A stretch of DNA of 64,000 bases, from positions 256,001 to 320,000 of the forward strand of contig CBDCKN010000013.1 in NCBI GenBank assembly GCA_965218295.1, given 5' to 3'. The notes under the pieces are model-generated. The model saw only the letters and a program-made list of their open reading frames with translations. It made no database searches and was not told the origin of the DNA. Below, in pieces: positions 50,529 through 60,659 of this stretch. Each line of letters starts with the position of its first letter. Position 1 is the stretch's first letter. Position numbers and translations under genes: made by a program. This DNA comes from Longimicrobiales bacterium. GTDB taxonomy: Bacteria > Gemmatimonadota > Gemmatimonadetes > Longimicrobiales > Gaopeijiaceae.

Positions 50529-51343
50529 ACGCGGGCTCTTCGACCCATCCCCTCTCCGACCAGTTTCGACAGTCGTACGAATTCCTCGGGCTTGAAGGTC
50601 TCCGGCCGGCGCGTGAGATCCCAGCCCGTCTCGCGACCGATCCGGTGCAGGGCTTCCCGGGAAAGGCCGAGGTCGACGTGCTCACGGAGGGTCTTCTGAA
50701 ACTGCTTTCGCCTCCACTGGAAAGCTGCCCGCGTCAGGTTCCGGAGCGAGATCTCCTCCTCGAGGGAGAGGGGCGGAGGGACAGTCGGTCTGATCCGTAC
50801 CACGCTGGAGTCGACGCGGGGCATAGGCCGGAACGCCGTCCGTGGGACGCGGACCACACTTTCCACCCGGGCGACGCTCCTGACCCCCACCGAGAGAGCT
50901 CCGTACTCCGAGGTTCCCGCGGCCGCAACCAGGCGGTCGGCTACCTCGCGCTGAACCATCAGGAGGATGTCCTTGGCCCGGGGGCGCTCCAGCAGCTTGA
51001 AGATTATGGGGGCCGTGATGTTGTAAGGGATGTTTCCCACCACCAGCAGCCGATTCGGATCCTCGGTGAGGGCGGTGAGGTCCAGCTTCAGGAAGTCCTG
51101 GTGTCTGACATCCACATCGGGACGGTCGCCCCACTCCCCTTCGAGCTCGTCCGCGAGCTCGTCATCCAGCTCGACCAGGATGAGGCGGCCTACCCGGCCC
51201 ACGAGGTGGCGTGTGAGCGCCCCATGGCCGGGGCCGATCTCCAGGACGGTGTCCGACGGCGAGGGGTCGAGGGCCTCGACGATCTTCCGCTGGAGATTGG
51301 GATCGACGAGGAAGTTCTGCCCGAGAGATTTCTTCGCGCGCAT
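50525..51343 (-). CDS. rsmA: 16S rRNA dimethyladenosine transferase
   Basis: KKSLGQNFL, EIGPG.G.LT, GNIPYNI, MVQREVA, F.P.PRVDS. Confidence 0.95.
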   Translation of the reverse strand: MRAKKSLGQNFLVDPNLQRKIVEALDPSPSDTVLEIGPGHGALTRHLVGRVGRLILVELDDELADELEGEWGDRPDVDVRHQDFLKLDLTALTEDPNRLLVVGNIPYNITAPIIFKLLERPRAKDILLMVQREVADRLVAAAGTSEYGALSVGVRSVARVESVVRVPRTAFRPMPRVDSSVVRIRPTVPPPLSLEEEISLRNLTRAAFQWRRKQFQKTLREHVDLGLSREALHRIGRETGWDLTRRPETFKPEEFVRLSKLVGEGMGRRARV

Positions 51344-51423
51344 CGGCTCGCTCAGCCGCGCGGCCGGACTCTGAGCCTCGCAAGACCCCTGTGCGCGACC
51401 CACTGTACCTCCTCCACAGGCCT

Positions 51424-53001
51424 CTAAGTCCTCAGGACGATCGCTGTCCGGTCGTCCGCCGGGATGTGTGGGGTCGCGGCTTCGGCCATGTCGAAGAGAG
51501 CGTCCACGATCTGGGCGGAAGCCGCGCTTCCCTGAGCGGTCACCGCTTCCAGAACGGTCGCTTCACCACTTCCGGGCTCCTCGGTGGCCAGTGTATCGGA
51601 GAGACCGTCCGTGAAGAGGAGCAACAGATCCCCCCGCGCCCACGCGGCCCGACCCTGGTGGTAGGACTCGGGCCCGGCGAAGCCCACCGGGGGGTCGGTG
51701 GCGGCCAGGCGCTCGGCCTCGCCACCCGCACGGAACACGAAGGCATGAGGATGTCCGGCGTTGGAGTACTGCAGCTCCTCGGCCGCGGGATTGATGACCA
51801 CGTAGCAGAGGCTGAGGAACATCTCCGTGGTCTCGAGCTCGTCGCTGAGAGCGTCGTCCATCTTTCTGAGAACCACGGACGGGTCGCGCGACTCGAGTGC
51901 GTAGATACTCGCCGCGCTCATGGACAATGCCATGATCAGAGCCGCCGGGAATCCGTGAGTCGAGACATCGCCGATCATCACCCCGATCTTGTCGTCCGGA
52001 AGCTTGAAGATATGGAAGAAGTCCCCGCCGACTTGCTCGGCGGATGCCACCCGGGCGGCCACGTCGGCCTGGTCGAACGCCTCCGGAGACTTCAGGAGCT
52101 TCATCTGCAGATGATGGGCCAGCTCCATCTCGTGGCTCATCCGCTCCTGGGCCATGCTCTCCTGGATCAGCCGATTGTTCTCGAGGGCCGCACCAATCTG
52201 GCTAGCTATGGCGGACAGGAGCCTCTCGTCACCAACCGCGAAGGGATCACCCCGCATACGGCCGAAAAGGTTGATGACGCCGACCGTGCGCACCTCTCCG
52301 GATGGTGGGCTGTAGCTGATGGGGACGGAGATGTCGGTCGTGGCCCCCCCGTTCCGCGGGTCGTCGGGATCGGCGCGGCCACCGATGCGCGATCGGCCCT
52401 CCTCGAATACCAGGGAGGTGACGGCATCCGGATGGTCGCCACCTGGTGGATCCTGGGCTCCGTCCTGTCCCACTGCCGCGGTGAGGTGAAGGAGGTTCTG
52501 CCGGGGATCATGCACCCATAGGGAGCCCCGCTCGGCGTCCAGCACGTCGCACACTTCCTTCAGGATTGCGTCTGCGGCATCGTCGAGCTTGAGGATCGAT
52601 CCCAGCGTCTCGCTGATGGAGTAGAGAAGGTTGATCTCCTCATAGCGCTCCGACAACTCGTACGTGAAGAAATGGATCTCCTGGGCGAAGTCCAGCGCTC
52701 GTTCGAGGTTCCCCTGAAGGATGGAAGCCAACGGCTCGAGCCGCAGATCACTGGAGGGTCGGATCTCGAGCTCCAACGGAGGTCCGTCCTTGGGAGAGAT
52801 GGACCTCAGCACACAGCCGTCCACCGGGGGATAGGCCTCACTGCTTTCGGGGGTATCGTAGGGGTAGAGATGACGGGCACGAGTCCCGTCTTCCTCGACG
52901 CTCCAGAGGTGGACGTCGAGGCCGAGTTGCCCACGGAACTCGTCCAGGGTTTGTTCGACCGGGATAGGAAGGACTGGGCCAGGCCCGCCTTCCGGGGTCA
53001 T
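51424..53001 (-). CDS. GAF + PP2C (SpoIIE/RsbU-like) phosphatase
   Basis: GAF region, VGGDF, GDVSTHG, NAGH, TDGL, DDRT. Confidence 0.88.
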   Translation of the reverse strand: MTPEGGPGPVLPIPVEQTLDEFRGQLGLDVHLWSVEEDGTRARHLYPYDTPESSEAYPPVDGCVLRSISPKDGPPLELEIRPSSDLRLEPLASILQGNLERALDFAQEIHFFTYELSERYEEINLLYSISETLGSILKLDDAADAILKEVCDVLDAERGSLWVHDPRQNLLHLTAAVGQDGAQDPPGGDHPDAVTSLVFEEGRSRIGGRADPDDPRNGGATTDISVPISYSPPSGEVRTVGVINLFGRMRGDPFAVGDERLLSAIASQIGAALENNRLIQESMAQERMSHEMELAHHLQMKLLKSPEAFDQADVAARVASAEQVGGDFFHIFKLPDDKIGVMIGDVSTHGFPAALIMALSMSAASIYALESRDPSVVLRKMDDALSDELETTEMFLSLCYVVINPAAEELQYSNAGHPHAFVFRAGGEAERLAATDPPVGFAGPESYHQGRAAWARGDLLLLFTDGLSDTLATEEPGSGEATVLEAVTAQGSAASAQIVDALFDMAEAATPHIPADDRTAIVLRT

Positions 53002-53441
53002 GCCGAGGCCCCTCCCGTGAGGTCGGGACGCCCCTCCTCCAGGCGAAGGATGAGGGTAACGGAGTTTCCTTCCTCATTGAATCGGACTTCGTCCATCAGC
53101 GATCTCATGAGGAAGATGCCGCGGCCACCGGACTTGCTGAGGTTGCCCGGAAGTGTGGGGTCGGGCACGGTCGTGTGGTCGAAGCCCGTTCCCTGGTCGG
53201 TTACACGGGCCGTGACCTCCTCCTCCCGAACCGTCACCTCGATCCGGACGTGCTTCCCGGGATCACGGTCGTTGCCGTACAACATCGCGTTGGCCAGCGC
53301 CTCGGTGAGACCGACACGGAAGTTCAGGTTCAGTTTTCGCGCATAGGCGCAGCAGCTAGAGCAGTGCTCCATCACGTACTCTACCGCGTGCTCGATGGAC
53401 CGAATGTCGTTCGGTAGCTCCAGGATGAGTTTTCGATCCAC
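52998..53441 (-). CDS. Anti-sigma factor kinase (RsbW-like)
   Basis: EALANA..YGN, DQGTGFD, GRGIFLM..LMDEV. Confidence 0.88.
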   Translation of the reverse strand: MDRKLILELPNDIRSIEHAVEYVMEHCSSCCAYARKLNLNFRVGLTEALANAMLYGNDRDPGKHVRIEVTVREEEVTARVTDQGTGFDHTTVPDPTLPGNLSKSGGRGIFLMRSLMDEVRFNEEGNSVTLILRLEEGRPDLTGGASA

Positions 53442-53479
53442 TCGTTACCCTCTGCGGGGGATCAGCTTGATCGCCGGCC

Positions 53480-53812
53480 TCAAAGACCCGTCAGGGCCTC
53501 GTCACGGCTGTCGGCGATCTTGAAGAGCGTGTCGAGCTTGGTGAGCTCGAAGAGCGTACGAAGATCCTCGTTGAGGCTGGCGAGCCTGAGCTCGCCGCCC
53601 TGTTCACGGATCTTCTTGGAAAGGGACACAAGTACGCCCAATCCGGAGGAGTCGATGTAGCCCGTGTTGGAAAAGTCGACGACGAACTTGCGCTCGCCCT
53701 TCTCGAGCTCATCGAGGACTTTTTGCTTCAGTTCTTGGCGATTTCCGACGATGAGCTGGCCCTCAACATCGATGACCGTCACGTCGCCCGACATGCTCAC
53801 CTGAAATGCCAT
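53480..53812 (-). CDS. STAS anti-anti-sigma factor (RsbV-like)
   Basis: YIDSSGLGVL, LFELTKLD.LF. Confidence 0.9.
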   Translation of the reverse strand: MAFQVSMSGDVTVIDVEGQLIVGNRQELKQKVLDELEKGERKFVVDFSNTGYIDSSGLGVLVSLSKKIREQGGELRLASLNEDLRTLFELTKLDTLFKIADSRDEALTGL

Positions 53813-53954
53813 TGTTCCTCCGTTCACGGTTTCGATTCTCCGGCTACGCGGGCGCGCGTCGCCTAAAGGGGATGGCGAAACGATATAGGAAAACGCCCCA
53901 ACGGGGCAATACTCGCGTTTGGGGGCGCGCTCAAGGGGAATCCGTGCCTTCATC

Positions 53955-54942
53955 CTACCCGCGGACCGTCCCCATCAACGCCGTGATGCAAGCCACGTCG
54001 AAGACCTCGTCGGCCGACGCCCCCCGGGAGAGGTCGTTATACGGCCGCCGAAGCCCTTGCAGGATGGGCCCCAGAGCCCGGCAGCCCGTGATTCGCTGGA
54101 CGAGCTTGTACGCGATGTTGGCCGAGTTCAGGTCGGGGAAGATCAAAACGTTGGCTTGGCCGGCCACGGAGGACCCGGGAGCCTTGCGCCGGGCCACCGA
54201 GTCGATGAGGGCGGCATCCCCCTGGAACTCCCCGTCCGCGGGAACTTCCGGGAGCCGCTCCCGGAAGAGCTCCACGGCCCTGATGACCTTGTCCACCGCC
54301 GGGCCGGAGGCACTCCCGAGGGTCGAATACGACAGGAAGGCCACACGCGGCTCGTCGTTCACCACCAGCGCACGCGCCCTGGCCGCCGCTACCCCGATAT
54401 CGGCCAGCTCGTCCGGGGTCGGCTCGGGGATCACGCCTGCATCCGCGAAGGTGAGGACCTCGTCGTCCACACCGCGGAAGGACGGAACGAGCATGTAGAA
54501 GGCCGAGGACACGGTGTCCACCCCCTCGTCGGGCTCTACGGTGCGGACCGCGGCGCGAATGATGTCCCGAGTGGGATGGATCGCGCCGGCCACGACCCCG
54601 TCCACGTTTCCCTCCGACACCAGCAGTCCGGCCAACATCAGGGGGTCTCGCGCCACCTGAATCGCATTGTTCTCGGACAGCCGTCCCCCCAACCGCTCAC
54701 GGATACCGCTGCACTGTAGGCTGGTCGGTGGGATCGACGATCTCGATGGCGTCGGCATCGACGCCCACCGGCACGAGAGCTTCGCGCACGGCCCGGGGGG
54801 ATCCGGCGGCAGTGACGGAGCAGACGCCCTCTCTCAGGAGCCGGGCGATGGCTGCCGCGGTGCGGGCGTCGGTCGCCTCGGGGAACGCCAGTGTTGCTTG
54901 GAGCGCTCGTGCCCGAGTCTTCAGAGACTCGAGAAAGGTCAC
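53955..54942 (-). CDS. pta: Phosphate acetyltransferase (frameshift ~54710)
   Basis: FPEATDART, VSSAF, FAD, AFLSYST.GS, DGEFQGDAA, LIFPDL..NI.YK, GPILQG...P.NDLSRG. Confidence 0.88.
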
Positions 54943-55439
54943 TCCCGAAGCACTGTCTCCATCAGCCTGAGGACCGGCTCCGACACGAAGGGAGCCACAT
55001 CCCCTCCGAGGCGAGCCACTTCACGTACCAGGGACGCGGACAGGAACGAGTAGTTCTGATCCGGCGTCAGGAAGATGGTCTCGACTCCACTCCAGAGCTC
55101 TCTGTTCATCTGCGCCATCTGAAACTCGTACTCGAAGTCGGAGACGGCTCTCAGGCCGCGAATCACGAGTTGAGCCTCCAGCTCCCGTGCCAGATCAACA
55201 AGGAGACCTCGGAAGCTGAGACACTCGATGCGCTCCTCGTCTCGGAAGACCTCCTCGATCAGCTCGAGGCGTTGCTCCACGCTGAACAGGCTTCCCTTCT
55301 CCTGTGTGGCCGTGTAGGCGACGGCGATGATGACCCGATCCGCCAGGCGCAAGGAGCGGCGAGCCACGTCCTCGTGGCCCTTGGTGATCGGGTCGAAAGA
55401 ACCTGGGTAGATTGCTAGAACGGGCCGATCGCGGGTCAT
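54939..55439 (-). CDS. coaD: Pantetheine-phosphate adenylyltransferase
   Basis: IYPGSFDPITKGH, RGLRAVSDFEYE. Confidence 0.95.
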   Translation of the reverse strand: MTRDRPVLAIYPGSFDPITKGHEDVARRSLRLADRVIIAVAYTATQEKGSLFSVEQRLELIEEVFRDEERIECLSFRGLLVDLARELEAQLVIRGLRAVSDFEYEFQMAQMNRELWSGVETIFLTPDQNYSFLSASLVREVARLGGDVAPFVSEPVLRLMETVLRE

Positions 55440-55963
55440 GGCTGCGCCTCGAGGATCGAGATGACCGTGTCTCCGTAGCGTCGTTGTCGGAGCCCGGCGA
55501 GCTCCGGTATAGGATCGGTAGTACGATGCTCTACCCAGAGCTGAGATGCAAACGGACTCGCAGCGAAGGACTCGAGGAGCCTCGCCGCCAGTCCCCGCCC
55601 GTATGGCGGATCGGCCAGGGCGACATCGAAGGTCACTCCCTCCAGCCGCTCGGCACATGCCATGGCGTCCGAAGCGATCACCGTCGACTCCGACTCCGCC
55701 CCCAGCATCTCGATGTTGGCGCGAAGCGTGCCGAGTGCGCCCCGGGAGCGCTCGACGAAGACGGCGCTCGCCGCACCCCGGCTGAGCGCCTCGAGGCCCA
55801 GAGCGCCCGAACCGGCGAAAAGATCCAGGACCGCTGCCCCCTCCAGAACGGGCCCCAAGGCCGCCATCCACGACTCTCGCACACGATCCGTAGTGGGACG
55901 GACTCCCTCGCCACGGAGGGCCTTGAGCCGCCGCCCTTTCCAACGCCCGGCAATGATCCTCAC
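55436..55963 (-). CDS. rsmD: 16S rRNA m2G966 methyltransferase
   Basis: MRIIAG, RPTTDRVRE, DLFAGSGALG.EALSRGA, DPPY. Confidence 0.95.
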   Translation of the reverse strand: MRIIAGRWKGRRLKALRGEGVRPTTDRVRESWMAALGPVLEGAAVLDLFAGSGALGLEALSRGAASAVFVERSRGALGTLRANIEMLGAESESTVIASDAMACAERLEGVTFDVALADPPYGRGLAARLLESFAASPFASQLWVEHRTTDPIPELAGLRQRRYGDTVISILEAQP

Positions 55964-57741
55964 GTCGCGGTGCCTGGGAGGGTACGGTCCGCGGCGCCGT
56001 GGGACCGGACGTCGAGAAGGTGGGCCTCGACGCGGCGCCGACCGCGGAACACACCGAGCTTGAGCTTGAAGGTCAGGTCCACGGGGCCGGTTTCCAGGGA
56101 TTCGGGAGGGATGCGGTTCACGAGGCCGAAGCCGATGGCATCGAGAGAATGCCCCGACTGCGTGAGCCTGAGCTTGAGATGGCCCTTGCCGACCTCTCGC
56201 GGGGGGCTCGCCAACTCGACGTCGCGAGCGATGAAGACGGGAGACGGATTCCCGATCCCGAAAGGTCCGAAGTACGTGAGGAAGTGGGCGAGCCGCTCGG
56301 TGGCCTCCGACAGCCGGAGCTCGAGTTCCGGCTTGATCGTCGGGCGTGGCTGCCGGCCTCCCAAGCGATCACGAGTCTCCGCGTTGAAGGCGTGCCTGAA
56401 GTCCTCCACGCACTCCGGTGCCACGTCCATCCCCGCCGCGGCGCGGTGCCCCCCGAAACGGCCCAGATGCTCCCGGCATGCGTGTACGGCTCCGTAGAGG
56501 TCGAAGCCTGGAATGGATCGGGCACTCCCCCGCCCTCGCCCGTCCCGGAGGGCGACTAGGACCGTGGGCCGGTGGATGCGCTCGACGATGCGTGACGCGA
56601 CTATGCCGATGACGCCCGGGTGCCATCCCTCGCCCATCAAGACCACGCCGAAGTCCCGCTCGGGTCGATAGCTGCTGCTCAGCCCCTCCAACGCCTCTCG
56701 GAGAGTCCTGGCCTCCTCGTCACGTCGGTCGGCGTTGTCGACTTCGAGCCGGTCGGCGAGCTCCTCGGCCCGCACGGGATCCTCTGTCATGAGCAGATCC
56801 AGCGCGGTCATGGCTTCCGCCATGCGCCCGGCGGCGTTGATGCGTGGGGCGAGCCTGAAGGCCACCTGGCCGGCTTCGACAGGTCCAGCCCCCAACCCGG
56901 CCCGCCCCATGAGGGCCCGCAGCCCAGGAAGCTCGGTCCGCGCCAGCGCCTTGAGACCGTACCGGACCAGCGTGCGGTTCTCGTGATCCAATGGCACCAC
57001 GTCGGCGATGGTGGCCACGGCTACCAGGTCCAGGGATCCGTGCAGCTCCTCGCGATCGAGGCCCCGCTCGTCCGCCAGTAGCTCGCAGAGCCGGTAGGCG
57101 ACACCCGCCCCGCAGAGACCCTTGTTGGGGTACGGACAGTCGGCTCGGTTCGGGTTGACGACGGCGAGCGCGGGAGGAAGGGTCTCCGCTGGCGTGTGGT
57201 GATCGGTGACGATCACGTCGATACCCGCCGCGTTCGCCTCGGCCACGGCCCCGTGGGCCCGGATCCCCGAGTCTACGGTGACGATGAGGGCCGCTCCGGC
57301 CGTCCGGGCCGCTTCGACGCCCGCAGGACCCAGATCGTAGCCATCCCGGATACGGTGGGGGACGAAGGGCACGGCGGCTCCCCCCATCCTCCGGATCCAC
57401 CGTGCCAACAAGGCGGCGCCGGACACCCCATCGACGTCGTAGTCACCGTGGACTAGGACGGTCTCCCCACGGTCGATGGCCTCGAGGATCCGCCCGACGG
57501 CCTCCTTGCTACCGGCGAGGAGAGCGGCCGGATGCAGGTCGGACAGGAGGGGTCGCAGGAAGCCCTTGGCCTGCTCGGGGTCGGTCAGGCCGCGCTGCAC
57601 CAAGAGCACACAGAGCGGCTCGGGAATCGAAAGCGCCTCTGCGAGGAGCTGTACCGCTTCTCGAGGGACGGACGCCGGCTCTTGCCATACGGGGACGAGC
57701 ACCGGCAGCGCCGGCTGGGAGGCTGCTCCTGCATCGTCCAC
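55960..57741 (-). CDS. recJ: ssDNA exonuclease RecJ
   Basis: GDYDVDG, TVD.G, TDHH, PRINAAGR, GGH..AAG. Confidence 0.95.
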   Translation of the reverse strand: MDDAGAASQPALPVLVPVWQEPASVPREAVQLLAEALSIPEPLCVLLVQRGLTDPEQAKGFLRPLLSDLHPAALLAGSKEAVGRILEAIDRGETVLVHGDYDVDGVSGAALLARWIRRMGGAAVPFVPHRIRDGYDLGPAGVEAARTAGAALIVTVDSGIRAHGAVAEANAAGIDVIVTDHHTPAETLPPALAVVNPNRADCPYPNKGLCGAGVAYRLCELLADERGLDREELHGSLDLVAVATIADVVPLDHENRTLVRYGLKALARTELPGLRALMGRAGLGAGPVEAGQVAFRLAPRINAAGRMAEAMTALDLLMTEDPVRAEELADRLEVDNADRRDEEARTLREALEGLSSSYRPERDFGVVLMGEGWHPGVIGIVASRIVERIHRPTVLVALRDGRGRGSARSIPGFDLYGAVHACREHLGRFGGHRAAAGMDVAPECVEDFRHAFNAETRDRLGGRQPRPTIKPELELRLSEATERLAHFLTYFGPFGIGNPSPVFIARDVELASPPREVGKGHLKLRLTQSGHSLDAIGFGLVNRIPPESLETGPVDLTFKLKLGVFRGRRRVEAHLLDVRSHGAADRTLPGTAT

Positions 57742-57767
57742 GTCAGGAACGCCGAGGAGGCCGTCGC

Positions 57768-58838
57768 CTATGCGTCGGCGGCTCCCTCCCTGGGCTCTTC
57801 TTCAGGTTCGTCGACCTCGGCAAGGCCCTCGAGCTCTTCTTCCGCCGGATGCTCCGAAGCCTCGGCCACGGCCTCTGCGGTTTCGATGTCGAGCTCCCCA
57901 TCCGTTTCATCAGCCGCCTCCGCCAGGTCTTCTACCGCCGACTCCGCGGCGGTGTACTCTTCTTCTTCGACTTCTTCTTCTTCTTCGGCTTCCGCCTCCA
58001 CCTCGACTTCCGCCTCGGCCTCTTCCTGCACCTCCGTGGCAGCTCGTTCGGCGTCCCTGGCCTCTTCGGAGGATCGGAGCACCTCCTCGATACGGGCGGC
58101 CTCTTGCTGTGCCTTGGCGATCCCCTCCTCAGACTCCGGCGTGAGGATCACCCCGCACGCTTCGCACCGGATCATCCCGGTGGCGTGCCGGATCTCGTTC
58201 TGGATCTGGAGCGGAATCACGCTGAAGCAGTTGCCGCATGCTCCGTCGTGCGTGAGCTCCGCCACGGCCACGTCTCGGGCACCCGCCATGATGCTATCGT
58301 AGATCCGGCGCTCTTCGAGGCTGATGCCGGCGGCGAACTCGTCTCTCTTGGCCTGCAGCTCCTGCAGCCGCGCCCCGGCGGCCTCCTTTTCGTCGAGCAG
58401 CTCACGGCATCGGGGCTCCACCTCGGCCAGCTCCTCCTGGTGTGCCGCCTCGTGCTCGCCTATGCGCTCTTCCATCCGTCGGATCTGTTCCAGAAGACTC
58501 AGAGCTTCCTGCTCGTCATTCTCGAGAGCCCGCCGGACCATTTCCAGCTCGGCATGCACCGCAGCCTCTTCTCTCACATTCCGGACGGCGTTCATCCGCT
58601 CCTGGAGCTTCGTCGACCGCACGCGACGCTCCTCTATGGACAACTCCAGCCTGTTCTCCTCGAGCGTCACCTCCTGCAGCCGGGCCTGTAGGGCCTTCAG
58701 CTCTTTCTCGAAACGATGGACCGGCTCCCCGACCTCTTCGAGCTTGGCGTCGAATGTCCCCACAACGGACTCAATGGAGGCGATCTCCTGGTCCAGCTCC
58801 TGGAGCTCTTTCAGTGATGAATGTGTCTGAGGTGTCAT
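57768..58838 (-). CDS. C4 zinc-ribbon coiled-coil protein (DUF164-like) with acidic tail
   Basis: LQELD coiled coil, CGNC..CEACG.IL, Glu-rich C-terminus. Confidence 0.82.
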   Translation of the reverse strand: MTPQTHSSLKELQELDQEIASIESVVGTFDAKLEEVGEPVHRFEKELKALQARLQEVTLEENRLELSIEERRVRSTKLQERMNAVRNVREEAAVHAELEMVRRALENDEQEALSLLEQIRRMEERIGEHEAAHQEELAEVEPRCRELLDEKEAAGARLQELQAKRDEFAAGISLEERRIYDSIMAGARDVAVAELTHDGACGNCFSVIPLQIQNEIRHATGMIRCEACGVILTPESEEGIAKAQQEAARIEEVLRSSEEARDAERAATEVQEEAEAEVEVEAEAEEEEEVEEEEYTAAESAVEDLAEAADETDGELDIETAEAVAEASEHPAEEELEGLAEVDEPEEEPREGAADA

Positions 58839-58859
58839 GAGTGCTCTTGTATTATATGT

Positions 58860-60659
58860 CTAGCTATTGCTCTTCAGGGTCCTGCGGGCCGCGGACGACC
58901 AATCGAGTCCAAGCTCGCGCCGCTGCTCACCCAGGCGGGCCTTCTCGGCCAGGAGCTCGGTACGTCGCTCCGGGTCTGTCGTATTGTGCATGAGACGATC
59001 GACTTCGTCGAGCCTCTCCTGCAACGCCATACCCTGGATCTTGCTCAGCGACTCTTCGAAAACCCGTCGCGCCTGGCGGAGTTCCTTCGGATCGGCCAGC
59101 AACTCCTCCAGTGTGTGTGTGGCGGCGGGTGACAGCCCGGGGGGCGCGTGCGTCAGCCCAGGATCGGCAAGAAGTGCTTCGTAAGCGCCTCGATACCCCA
59201 GGTCCACGAAGTCGTCAGGACCGAGGTGCTCTCCCACCCGCTCGATCCAATCCCGATCCTTGGTCATGAGCAGCAGCAGCTCGCGCGCGGGGCCCATGGG
59301 TGGAACCGTCGGTGCAACGATCCGCCTCGGCGTCGGCCGACGCGCGGGAGGTGGAGAGCCCACAGGCGGAGCGCCTCTCGCCAACTCCTCCTGAAGGGTC
59401 TCGCGGCGTACCCCCGTGCGATCGGAGACCTTCGAGACGTAGATGTCCCGGAGAGCCGGATCCTGAACCGCCCGCAAGGTCGGCAGGAGGCGGTCGATGG
59501 CATTCCGGGTCCGCTCGATTCCGGAGAAGTGGTCCCGCTCCTCCAGGATCTGGAGCTTGCGGTCGAGGACGTCGACGGCTTGGTCGAGGTGCCACTGCAG
59601 CCCCTCAGCTCCCTCCTTGTGAACCAACGTGTCGGGGTCCTCTCCCTGAGGAAGCGTGACCACGGAGGGATGGAGTCCTGCGGCCAACAGCACGTCCCCG
59701 GCCCTGAACGTGGCCTTGAGACCGGCGGAGTCGCTGTCGAAGAGGAGGTGGACCCGCGTGGTGTAGCGGCGAAGCAACGCCGCCTGCTCGGGAGTCAGAG
59801 CGGTGCCGAGTGGCGCCACGGCATTCTCGAATCCGGCAGCGGCCAGTGACACGGCGTCCATGTAGCCCTCCACCACCAGAGCCGCTTCTTCGCGGCGGAT
59901 GGCGTTCTTCGCCCAGCTCAGCCCGTAGAGCACGTCGCCCTTGTGGTATATGGGCGATTCCGGGGAGTTCACGTACTTGGGCGCCCCCTCCCTGCCGGAG
60001 TCGAGGACGCGGCCCCCGAAGCCCAGGACCTTGCCGCCCACGTTCTCGATGGAGAAGGTGATCCTGCCCCTGAAACGGTCGTAAGGCTCCTGGCTCTTCT
60101 CGCTCTGGGTCAGGAGACCCACCTCGAGGAGCGTCTCGTCTCCGATCCCGTGATGGGCCGCGGCCTCGCGTAGCGCTCGCCATTCGTCCGGGGCGAATCC
60201 CAGGGAGAAGCGCTCGGCGATGTCCCGGTCGATTCCTCGCTGCTCCAGATAGGCTCGAGCCTCCCGCCCCAGCTTCTCATCCCACAGCGAGTCCTGGAAA
60301 AACATCCGGGCGAAGGCATTCGCATCGTAGAGATGGCGGAACGGATCTTCTTCTTGATGGCCCCTCTTCACCTCCCGGATCTCAACACCCGCCCGCTGGG
60401 CCGCATACTTCACGGCGTCTACGAAGTCCAGGCCCAGGCGCTTCATCAGGAACGAAAAGACGTCCCCCGACTCGTCGCACCCAAAGCACTTGTAGAAGCC
60501 CTTGGCCGGGACGACGTAGAAGCTGGGGGTCTTCTCTTCGTGGAACGGGCAACAGGCCTTGTAGTCCTTGCCGGACTTCTTCAGGGGAACGATCTCGCCG
60601 ATGATCTCGACGATGTCCGCCCTGGCCCGGACCTCCTCGACCTGGTCGTCGGGGATCAC
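58860..60659 (-). CDS. dnaG: DNA primase
   Basis: CPFH.EKTPSF..CFGC, FGGR, KY.NSPE, EGYMD, DSD.AG. Confidence 0.96.
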   Translation of the reverse strand: MIPDDQVEEVRARADIVEIIGEIVPLKKSGKDYKACCPFHEEKTPSFYVVPAKGFYKCFGCDESGDVFSFLMKRLGLDFVDAVKYAAQRAGVEIREVKRGHQEEDPFRHLYDANAFARMFFQDSLWDEKLGREARAYLEQRGIDRDIAERFSLGFAPDEWRALREAAAHHGIGDETLLEVGLLTQSEKSQEPYDRFRGRITFSIENVGGKVLGFGGRVLDSGREGAPKYVNSPESPIYHKGDVLYGLSWAKNAIRREEAALVVEGYMDAVSLAAAGFENAVAPLGTALTPEQAALLRRYTTRVHLLFDSDSAGLKATFRAGDVLLAAGLHPSVVTLPQGEDPDTLVHKEGAEGLQWHLDQAVDVLDRKLQILEERDHFSGIERTRNAIDRLLPTLRAVQDPALRDIYVSKVSDRTGVRRETLQEELARGAPPVGSPPPARRPTPRRIVAPTVPPMGPARELLLLMTKDRDWIERVGEHLGPDDFVDLGYRGAYEALLADPGLTHAPPGLSPAATHTLEELLADPKELRQARRVFEESLSKIQGMALQERLDEVDRLMHNTTDPERRTELLAEKARLGEQRRELGLDWSSAARRTLKSNS

